From positions 34,596,001-34,660,000 of the forward strand of contig OZ249437.1 in the NCBI GenBank assembly GCA_965235115.1: a stretch of DNA of 64,000 bases. Reading direction: 5' to 3'. A model generated the notes under the pieces. The model was not told the origin of the DNA. It worked only from the letters and a program-made list of their open reading frames with translations, and did not search any database. Below are positions 43,101 to 55,100 of this stretch, piece after piece. A program made the position numbers and the translations under genes. How positions within the stretch are numbered: the first letter of the stretch is position 1; every line of letters starts with the position of its first letter. Origin of the DNA: Laetmonice hystrix (taxonomy: Eukaryota).

Positions 43101-46100
43101 AATAAAAACAATATAGATATTACAGCAATGTGTTTTTGAAGTGGTAGGTTATCGCACGTCTGCTGTTTGTTGTACAGATATTTCCAGTAGATTTTCTTGT
43201 AGCTTTGTGACACAAAATACTACACACATGAAAAAATGACGGGGTGAATTAATTCCGTTGGCGTAAAATATTTCATAGTCGAGACAATGTTTGAAGCATA
43301 TAACTTGGTGGCATTTCAGAGGATGTAGACGAGTGTGCCGAGGGTCTAGCTGAAACTTGTCATCCTGACTCCGAATGTATAAACCGAGTCACCAATCTGC
43401 AGAGTGCCCAGCGACAGGCCGTACAGTACGAATGTCAGTGTAAGGACGGGTTTACCGGTGACGGTACCGCCTGTACTGGTAAGCCGAGTTGGTTTGTGAA
43501 ACGGAAGTAGTTGGAAATAATTATTTGGAAAAATTGTTAGGGTTCTTGTTAGGCCTACATACATTGTAGACCGAAACAACATCTTTTACGACATTTCACT
43601 TTGATTCTACCTTGTGGCCCTCGCGAGACGCGAGAGCATGTGAGATACGGTTCGGCGCGTTCGGGTCAATTCAGCGTTTGGTTTCGTGAGGGTCAGACGT
43701 GGGTGACCACTGCTCTGTACACTCAACGAGTGGCTGACATTACACTCGTCCCTCAAACACATGCTATCCTGCGGGGGTAGACTTTGTGTGCAACAGTTCA
43801 GGTATCCTGTTGCGAGGGAAAATGTCCTAGTTAGAGAACTGGACATGAGTCAAACGGGTGGCTGGCTTAGCACTCGTCTCTCAAACACATGCTACTTTCG
43901 AGAATGGGGTAGACGTTGTGTGCAACAGGATAGAGATCCTGTTGCGAGAGAAAAAATGTCTTGATCAGTGAGTGATCAGGGACATGACTCAAACGGGTGG
44001 CTGGCAGAGCACTCGTCTCTCAAACACATGCTACCTTCGAGAATGGGGTAGACGTTGTGTGCAACAGGATAGAGATCCTGTTGCGAGAGAAAAATGTCTT
44101 GATCGGGGATCAGGGACATGACTCAAACGGGTGGCTGGCAGAGCACTCGTCTCTCAAACACATGCTACCTTCGAGAATGGGGTAGACGTTGTGTGCAGCA
44201 GGATAGAGATCCTGTTGCGAGAGTAAATGTCGGGACCATTTATACAAACTCTGCATGAGTAAATACCCTGTTTGAGTAAATACGGTATGAGTGAATCTGG
44301 CCAATAATTTAACCACATAGACAGTGGGAGCAAAGACCTAGTGAGGGTTGCAAGTTGAATTCAGGGCTGGAAGTAAAGGCTGTGATAACAATAGGCTTGA
44401 GTGCACGCCTGAGTGGGCCCGGTGAATGGTCAGCGGTGGCAGTCTCAGGTGCTACCGGTGCGGGGCGTATATGGCCCCTGCCTGTGTGTGGACGTGCTGG
44501 GCCTTGCTGTGGTCAAGGTCGGTTGCCAGGGGCGACGGCAAGGCTCGGAGAACCAACAGGTGCATACATGTCCGCATTGGTCAGTCACGGCTAGACTGCC
44601 ACTGGTTAGACTTTTTGCGAATTTGGCCATTATGTATTTAAGATACCAGCCAGGAAGCAGAAGTTTGGGTGTGACAGGGTTCACAGACTCCCGATAATTC
44701 CTGGAAAATAGAAAATACGTTTTCCAGTTCTGGAAATTCCTGGAAAAGTCCAGACAAATAATAAAAAGCTCTAGTTTGTAAAAATGGAGCCTAATTTCCT
44801 GTAGGCATTAATCATGCCACTTAAACGCTTTGCGACTGGATGTCGCAGTTTATCATTAAAATAACTTACTCCTAAAAAGGGGGAAAAGTAACAAGAATTA
44901 CTTTTGAGTCATGGGACAATGCAATTGTACCCAGGGAAAAACTCCAGGATTTTCTAGCCGACTAACTTTACAGATAGCCTTGTTACTGAGGTTCAGATTG
45001 CCATTGTCAAAGACTCAGAAGAGTGAGTGTGACAGGAAGGAGGCCAGCGATAGGCGAGAAGCATCTTAGGCTGGGACAGACGCATCACTGTTGGCCTTCC
45101 TCGGTAAGGCGACCGCGTCAGTTGAGAGTTTGACTGCCAAACTGTCTGCCAAGTTAGTTAACCTGGGTCAGTTTTCGAGTCAATGAATGAAAGGATCACC
45201 AGCAGACAGGATATGATGGATCCTTGCTAACCAAGTCAGTAGAATGATGCTACAGGAGACGTAGTAGAGAATTATGCAGATGATAATGGCTTTTATGAGG
45301 AGGTGCCCCGCAACACATCATTGCTGGCCGCGGTAAAGATGACAAGAGTTCTCCATGTCCAGAAACAATAGCCAGTTTCAGTATTCAGGGTCCAGGTCAG
45401 GGAATCTGGATTTCACTGATGGCGCAGTTGGTAGGGGACGCCCCGTGGGTCCTGACGCGCTGGAGGACATTATGCAAGGTGCTGCAAAACGCACTCAACT
45501 ACAGCTGGTGTAGCAATCCACTGAAAGCTAAAAAAGCGGACGAACATGCGGGTTCGTGCCTTGTCCGGGTAACGTGCCCCATCTCAGTGTCCCTAGGCCG
45601 AGCAAGATTGTGTTGGATGCTTTGTCGATAACTCGGAAGACATCGGACGTCAATCTGCAGAAGCAGCAAGAGACGTTAGAGGTAGCTATCTCGGCCGTGT
45701 GCACGGATGTGTGGGACCTGACGAACGTTGACAATATTAATGAGAAGACGACTCGTCACCTGAAGACTATGACGGACGTCGTCATGTCGGTTCACATGTG
45801 GCACGTAAATACATGTATCTGAGTGCCTGGCGTCGGCATGTGTTCGATCTGTGCATGATCCAATATGTGTCAGGAGGAAAGATCAATCTGGCCGTACATC
45901 TAGTCAGGAGATAGTCACAAAGGAATATGTAGTTTGTCGAAGAAAGAGCCCCAAAGGAGTACAATATTAGTTTGTCGAAGAAAGGGCTAGTCGACAAGAA
46001 AGTGGCCTGTTTGGGAATAAAGCCGTTGTCGAGAAGTGCATGAAATCTTAAGATGATTTCATTTCCAACATCCTTTTGTTACCGGGAAGAAGATGGCTTA

Positions 46101-49100
46101 CATAGGTTGATTTTACATGTGTCTTGATTTAAGGAGTTGTGAATACATACATTTTAACATGGCGTCGCGGCAGCAGGCTCTTGAGGTGTTGAGAGAAGAA
46201 GTGTGGCTAGGCTCCATAGATCTCTCTAAAGCTTATTACACCATCTCTTTGTTGACTGCCAATACGAACCGGTTAAAGTTTAGTGTGTGAGACAGACTGG
46301 TGTACAAGTTTAACTTAAAGTTCGACCTTTCAGGCTATCCTCTTATCCGAGAATGGTTAGTGAAGTGTTGGTGCCAAATCTTCGCCTCTGCGAGGGAGAG
46401 TGGTGTTATTTGCTTAGACTTTAATCGACGATTCCCTTAATTGCCGCAAGCAGAGGAGGGAAGTGTGCAAAGTTCCTGCGGTTTTGCGTCAGTGGGTAGA
46501 AGTCTATACTGAAGCCAACAACGGATCAGATTGATCCAGTATTGATTCAGTAAAAAGGACGGACAATGAATTACTGAAAGTGTTAAAACTTATAACAGGT
46601 AGAGAACAGGGACAGCTTGACGGTGCGTCAGCTGGCGCAGTTGATTGGGGGTAATGGTAGACCTAATAAAAGGTTTAGATTATAGTAAGGCTCCCTACAC
46701 AAGACTGGAAATGCCTAACATTGCTTGGCGGATACGTTGAGGGCACAGTGTGCCTTACACCATTAACGATGGAAGACGTGCTGTGGTGGAAGGTCCGTGT
46801 AGTTCATGGTGAACGTAGAATTCGGCTTTCCGTACCAGAACTGAAGTTAAGAAGCGCATCCCAATTAAATGTGCTTGAATAATGCGCAATGTAGTAAAGT
46901 TTCAGACCGTTTATTGATGGCAACCGAAACATATACATTAAGATTCTGGGAGACAATACAACAGCAGTCGCCTAAATAATAACATCGGAGGAACTAAATC
47001 AGATTGTAATGAGTTGGCAATGTTAATTTGGGACTGGTGTCAGAATAAAAGTATTTGAATCACGAGCACATTCCGGGCTCTAAGAACACTTAAGTAGACT
47101 TTCAGAGTCGACTTTTTACTGAAAATACCAAGTGGATGCTTCCCGGGGACAAATTTTTGAAGCCATTTGTTGTGGGTTCAGAAAGGCCAAAATAGACCTT
47201 TTGGCATCCAGATTAAATAGAAGTTAAAGTAACATGTCAGTTTGGCGTCCAGACCGGGGGCTTCTAGAATGGTGTTTTCATTTTAAGTGGTGTGATTGGG
47301 TTATTTATGCCTTTCACCCTGATGTCCAAGACGTTAGACCCTACAAAATTCACAAAGAATAGTACCCAAAACGATCTTGATAGCTCCGAACAGGCGGGGC
47401 CACGCCTTCTTCAAACAGGCAAAATGCAGCAGCGGATGCACTGTGGGCACTAAAGAAGAGAAATAATATCTCGTTCAGACCTGTTCCAGAAAAGAACGGA
47501 AATAGTTAACAGTAGGTCTGTCTGATGGTGTGTCCTTTCTTGAAGAAAGCCTAGGAACATCTCATCGGAGGAAAGTGGTGAATATTATGTGGAGGTCTTG
47601 GAGATTCAACATTAGGAAGCCGTGTGCTGGTCATTTAGATAAATGTAGGTGGTTAAGGTTTTGTAGAAGTAAGGAGGAGGATCCACGAACAGGAAGCGTG
47701 GAGTCATTGTTAAAATGTGTGTCCACATTGTGTAAAGAAAGACTCAAATACAGTGGTATTAATAGTCAGGAGTGCTTTATCAGAAGGTACAATGGCCACA
47801 TGGAACTACTATGAGGACTACTAACTGAAATAGGTCGGTTCATGAAGGGATACTACGACGAGAACCGGTTTCCCATATCAAAGTACGAGAAAGCCTCGGA
47901 CGTCAACCTGGTTTTTTCAAACGTTTTTTGGAGTGGCCAAAGAATCGGAAAAGTCTTATTTAGGAATTTCACTCTTAAGGTACCCGTATTAATTTTGCTA
48001 GCCCGGGTAACGGGTCAGCGTGGTCAGGCGTTATGATTACCAGATATTATTAATAAGCATTTAGATTCAGGGGATCCTGACCTTTTCAAGATGAGAATCT
48101 TGTGTGAACATAATAGACACGGGATTACGTTTGACACGATGGAGATTACCTCAAGTCTTTTTACACATAAACTAAGTTATTCCCTGTGGTTGGGTTACGG
48201 GAATATGTAAATCCACAGAACCTCGTGCACTACGAGGGAACACAATTTTGTTGTGTCATTTATTCCTCTTCACCGGAGGGTGTCCAGGGATACCTTTTCG
48301 CCCTGGTTAAAAAGTGATGAGTCAGGTCTTTGGGGTGTACAAGAGCCGCAGTACGTTAGCCCCTCAACTTCCAAGGTACTGTCATAAAGGTGCCTGTGGA
48401 GATCTTTTGAAGAGGGCGTCGTGGACAGCTTAGGAAAGTTTGCGAAACATTAACAAGCTAATTGTCAACAGAGCAGTTTCATTAGGTCACAGATGGTTGC
48501 AAAATGCACATCACTGTGCGTGAAAACACCCGAGGAAGGTGACTTTTTTTTCTTGCTTGGCAAGGCCTGCAAGGAAACCCGCTTTAAAATCTCACATGCT
48601 CTCGCGTCTCGCGAGGGCCACAAGGTAGAATTTTAAATTAAACGAACTTACCAAGTGAAGTTTGATGTTAATTCTACCGTTGGTCCTTCGCGAGACGTGG
48701 AGAGCATGTCCCACCACTCCCCACCCAGTGTGCTACGTAATAGGAAAGTATCGGGGAGGTATACGTGTGGTAGGGGGTGTTATTGGGGGGTTTCCTTGCA
48801 GTACCTTTAAACGATTGACCCGAACGCGCCGAACCGTATCTCACATGCTCTCCACGTCTCGCGAAGGACCAACGGTAGAATTAACATCAAACTTCACTTG
48901 GTAAGTTCGTTTAATTTAAAATTATATCATTCATGTTGATGTAAGCCAAAAGAAATAGTCCAAATTATATTAACAAAATTTACTTAGACTGTCATATAGG
49001 CCTATACTACACTCCGCTCATTTTTGGAAATACAGGGTTCCTTCCTGTTTATTAGTTGTTTACTCCCCCCCCCCCTTCCATATCAACCCATTAACTAGTT

Positions 49101-52100
49101 TGAATCATTTTACTCATCTTTTGTTTTTGCTATTTTGTAGATATAGATGAATGCGCTGGGTCATCGTATCAATGTAGGAACTACATTGGTACAAGCTGTG
49201 TAAATACCGACGGCTCGTATGTGTGTCAGTGTGGCGAGGGTTATATGTTCGTCATGAATGAGGACCTATCTACCCTGGACGTATGTCAAGGTATGCAGCG
49301 AATGTTAGCTGTAATATATACGAGGAAGTCATTACTTTATTAGTGGATGTTGAAGACGACATGAGGTCGAGATAATATGCCCGAGGTGTAGCCGAGACCA
49401 CACTGCATTATAACTTCGTCAAAACCCTTGCGCCGTTACGCCAAAGTCTCATAATTATGCACACTATAGTAACTCTAAACAATGATGAGTGCTACCTTTG
49501 TCCATGTGTCAGACATTGGTGAGTGCTACCTTTGTCCGTGTATCAGACATTGATGAGTGCTACCTTTGTCCGTGTATTATAATTGATGAGTGCTACCTTT
49601 GTCCACGTATTAGACATTGATGAGTGCTACCTTTGTCCCTGTATCAGACATTGATGAGTGCTACCTTTGTCCGTGTATTATAATTGATGAGTGCTACCTT
49701 TGTCCACGTATTAGACATTGATCAGTGCTACCTTTGTCCACGTATTAGACATTGATGAGTGCTACCTTTGTCCGTGTATCAGACATTGATGAGTGCTACC
49801 TTTGTCCATTTGTCAAACATTGATGAGTGCTACCTTTGTCCCTGTATCAGACATTGATGAGTGCTACCTTTGTCCATGTGTCAGACATTGGTGAGTGCTA
49901 CCTTTGTCCCTGTATCAGACATTGATGAGTGCTACCTTTGTCCATGTATTAGACATTGATGAGTGCTACCTTTGTCCGTGTATCAGACATTGATGAGTGT
50001 TACCTTTGTCCGTGTATCAGACATTGATGAGTGCTACCTTTGTCCGTGTATCAGACATTGATGAGTGCTACCTTTGTCCGTGTATCAAACATTGATGAGT
50101 GCTACCTTTGTCCGTGTATCAGACATTGATGAGTGATACCTTTGTCCGTGTATCAGACATTGATGAGTGCTACCTTTGTCCGTGTATCAGACATTGATGA
50201 GTGCCAGGAAGGGAGCAGCCTCTGTTCACCAGATGCCGACTGTGTGAATACAGTTGGTCGCTATAACTGTACCTGTCGGCCCGGCTTCACAGGGGACGGT
50301 TTCAACTGTACAGGTAACTTTTTTATTCACCAGTCCGCAGTTCTGAAAACTCTCCATAAGAACGACCAATGCCTCCTAAAACCAAGGCGGTGAAAAAGAG
50401 CGAAGTTAAGGGTCGGATTATAATGTGATTATATTTTCGCATATTTTCGATTAATAAAATGTGTTAGTGTGACCTGAAAACATAGAGTAAAGTTTGATAA
50501 CGACAGTTTAATAATTGTATGCCCTCAGATATCAACGAGTGTGACGCCCAGGACTGTAGCGGGTTTGGTACCTGTGAAAACCGGGTGAACGGCTTCACAT
50601 GTCACTGTCCCAGTAATAGGTCGGGGGAGACATGCGAGAAAGGTGACTAAAATTATGGCTAGCTTCATAGGGAAACTTTATAGATAGAGGTACTTTCTTA
50701 TTAAAAATAGTAAATCAGGGTTTTATATAGGGTTTTATCCGATGACTAAGATTTAACTCGAGAAAATACTGACTAATGAAATATAGGCCAAATCCCATTT
50801 CAGTGGAGGAAATAGAAACGATACCTTTGTTTTCGGTGCTTTCGCAAGCGGTGTGATGTCGTGGAAAATAATTGTTGTTTCACGTTTTCTGTGAATGTTA
50901 CAGAACGTGCCCTTCTGTCGATTTATTTACTTTTTGAATGTATTTTTCTCTCTCCTTTTTTTTGCAGTTGACGGAGGATGGAGTGAGTGGAGTGCGTGGG
51001 GTGATTGTCTGGCAGAGTGTGGGGAGGGGGTCCGCCGCCAGACAAGGACCTGTACGGACCCGGCCCCAGAGAACGGCGGTCAGTATTGTCCGTGGGACGG
51101 CGGACAGCGGACGGCGACAGAGTGGCGGGCCACGGTGGCCGCCGTACAGCACGACCCGACCCCGTGCCATGTCCGAGACTGTGAGGATGGTAGGTGGAAC
51201 TCTAGATATGGGAGTTGGAGGGAGTTGGAGGGAGGGAGTTGGAGGCAGAGGAAGGGAGGCAGTTATGGGCACATGTTCAGAATTGACAAATGGGTGGATG
51301 GATGGGGCAATCTAAAGTGGAACAAGACGAGAAACTGTATTTTATAACAGGAAAGTGGCTTCAAAGAAGGCGCATTGACGAGCCAATACACATGTTCTCT
51401 TCTTGAAGAAACTGCCTTGGTCTCTCCTTCAAGAAGGGCATTATAATGTGCATCATGTGAGGCCTAGCTAGCCCAGCCTGCGCCTGCGTAAGATGTTTCC
51501 CAGGTCATACCCAGTGGTGTAAGATGTTTTCTTCCCAGGTCATACCCAGTGGTGTAAGATGTTTTCTTCCCAGGTCATACCCAATGGTGTAAGATGTTTT
51601 CTTCCCAGGTCATACCCAGTGGTGTATGATGTTTTCTTCCCAGGTCATACCCAATGGTGTAAGATGTTTTCTTCCCAGGTCATACCCAGTGGTGTATGAT
51701 GTTTTCTTCCCAGGTCATACCCAATGGTGTAAGATGTTTTCTTCCCAGGTCATACCCAGTGGTGTATGATGTTTTCCCAGGTCATACCCAGTGGTGTAAA
51801 ATGTTTTCTTCCTAGGTCATACCCAGTGGTGTAAGATGTTTTCTTGTCCGAAGAACATGGGAGCGACATGTATGTATGTTAACATGGGTCATAATTACAC
51901 GATCATCTGCGACGCCAACTACAGAAGTTTACCTACAAGGGACGGCCTCGGTATACGTTGTGAAGGTAAATTGACTGGTCTGACCAGGGGAGTTGATATC
52001 AAGGGGGGGGGGGGGCAAGGCGGCTGCGGTGGGGGAGAAACTTTATTAAATTGAAATCGGCATTTTTTATGTCCCTCACTGCTTAAAATAGTTTACACCT

Positions 52101-55100
52101 TCTTAACTCTGCCCGATACATGATGAATAATTAGCAGATTTATACAAAATATTTAGGAAATTGGGACGATAAAAATATATGACATAGGCTTCGTGAACTT
52201 GGTGCTCTTTCAGATATCGACGAATGCATGGAGACTGGAGAATTACAACACAATTGTCAGGAGAACTCAGTCTGTGTCAATACGCCTGGCGGATTTTCAT
52301 GTGTTTGTAAATACGGATATATTGGGAACGGAGTCACCTGCATCTGTAAGTGGCATTGCAGTGATTTCTTTAAACACAGTCATTAATTATCATAAAATGT
52401 ACCATAATCGGCTGAGGTGATAGACCGATGTGTTTAAATTTATTACAAATTATTGTTTTTTGTTGAGTTACTTTAATTTCAAGTCTTCCGTTTATGTAGA
52501 TAAAATGTAAATTGGCCACTCCTGCAGACTTGATGAGGTTAAGTATAGGGGTTGCATATATCACCCTGTTCTGTTTTCAGATCAAAGACCATGTGAAAGG
52601 CCAGACACCCAGTGTGGAAACAATTCGTATTGTGAAGAAACCCCGAATGGTTCATACACGTGTCAGTGTCAACAAAACTACAAGAAACATCCTAGCGAGG
52701 GTTGTGTAGGTGAGCCAAAAGTAGTACCAAACTCATAAAAAAAAATTTTGTTTTTATATTTCCTGTTCAACCCCCAAAGCTTGAGTTTTTAAGTTTATGA
52801 TTCCATGTTATTTTGGTTATATAGTACTGAAGTCTTCCTTCTCAGTTTGGGACTAGGTAGGTGGCCAGATGGGTTTAAGCGCTGGTTTAAGACAGTCACA
52901 GCCAGCAGTTCCTTCGTTCGCTCCGACGCTACCTCTGTTATTATATCGATCCACTGATCTCGACTGGGCTGTCAAACGCCAGACGTGTCACACTGCATGT
53001 TTCCGGGGCGTATTGTCCCGATGTGTGGGTTTCTCCTACATCATCTCATCATGATCACCAGACAGGAAAAAAATGAAAATAAAAACTTGTTCCGGTCCTG
53101 AAGATGGTCAACAGTTTCAACCCTGTATCTTACAGAGGATCGTCTGTTTCCGTTCGGGTCTGAGGCAGGAGATATCGAGGTGAAGTTTGTCAGTCCGAAG
53201 ACGGGAGAACGAGTCTCGGGCCTGATCTGTGTACCCAATGGTTTGCCGGTCTTTGACGCCATATGTGACTGTGTCTACGTAAGTGGCATGCCTGTGCAAT
53301 TTGTGGAGTCGAGGTCCTCGCCACAAATATAACAAAAAGAAAATTGAGTGAGAAATGCCAGTTCATGAGGTAGTAACTATATCATTGGTAAAGATAATTT
53401 ATTCATTAGTGAATGTTTATATACCATGGTATGCTTATGAGAGTTTCCTACAGGACTTTACCTTTGGAAGATTGCCTAGAGGTAGATTTTTTTGATAAAA
53501 AAGAAGTCAGAACCCCATTTTGAGGAGTAACGGATATCTCACATAGCAATAATCATACATGATAAGTTTTTTTTCTTGTATTGTCTGTCAGATCTCTGAG
53601 AATGGTGTGATCGTTGTGACAAACACATGGTATGAGTACGAACATAACGACACGTACCGATACGTCAGACCCCTTGACGATGGTGCCCTGGAGGGAACGC
53701 CACAGGACATGTGTGGTCTTATAGCACCTCTCTGGGCAGACAACAACCATCGGATGGACGCTGGACAAGTTAGTGGAAAATGCGAATGATACGGAAATCA
53801 TTCATAAAATACGCTTGAATATGAGGCTGTCTGTTCCTGGGAATATGTAGTGTCCATATCTTGTTCATTTAGTTTTCAGAATTTCTACTGCCCCAGAATT
53901 ATAATTGATATTTTTTTTCAGATTTGGTACCAGGTTTATGAGGACATGGATGCTGCCGATTTTATCGCCATTCGAGGAAGTTTCCAGGCTTTGAACATAA
54001 ATGATGAATTGCAGTGGATCCTGAAGGTGACTTGGTCAGAGATGACGCCCGCCTACCAGGCCAGGGTCTCCGAGGTATACTTCCAGAATGTTCTGCTATC
54101 GTAGCGAACACACTTGCACATCCACTATTGTCCATTACGAATGTTTTCTGTATGCGAGGTGCGAGGTTCACATTCGTATCTGACTGCGTGGGGTTATTTT
54201 TTTCAACAGAAAAACACGTTCCAGGCGCTTGTTGTTATGTCTTCTACTAACACCTCCGCAATGTTTCTGTACGATGACAAAGGCATGAGATGGACACCAG
54301 AGGCCTACAGGTAAGGAAAGAAAGAATTTTGCAGGCGACAAAGTATATCCGATTTAAAATTAAGACAGAGTACAACTAGGTCTTTTCCCGCCATTTTATT
54401 CTGTTGCTGATAGGTGTGGTTTCCCATTCTAAATACTAGAATGATTGATGTAGAAACGTTTTTAACTGTAAAAAGCATGGGCGTGTGATTTGGGGGTCTC
54501 TATGTAGACTAGTAAGTAGGTTATATATATTATCCTTGCGGAAGTCATGCAATATATCCGAGTGTCTTTCAGCACGGTAGAGACGCAACTATACGGAGGA
54601 CTTCCGGCGCGCTCAGGGTTCGTTTTTCGGACACCAGGGAGCGCTACCGTCCATAGCTATGAGGACCCGAACTCTGGGCGGTATTCCTCGTTGGATCCTG
54701 AGAAACCCAACATCTACAGGATGTCTGAGAAAGTTCTACAAGATCACGGAAAAACGGGCGTGACCTTACTAAGGCTGGTGGGCGACAGTGACAATATCAT
54801 CAACTACCGCCACAAGTGTTTGCGCTGGTATCAGGTATGTAGTTGTGTTTGTTGGTAGCAGACTTGGCGGGGGGGGGGGGGGTCAGTTGATTTCTGATGG
54901 CTACAACCCCTCCCCCCAATTCGAAAATCCAAAGTCTACGCTTGACACTAACTTGGTACCAAACTTGGTAGAAAGTCCTAAAGGACATCTGATCGGCAGA
55001 ATATAGTGGACTTGGTAATTAAGTGCTCCCATGCCCGATTGTAGTTTTACTGTTCGCGATATAACTTGTGTACAGGAGGAGCCAGATGTTGACACTTGGG

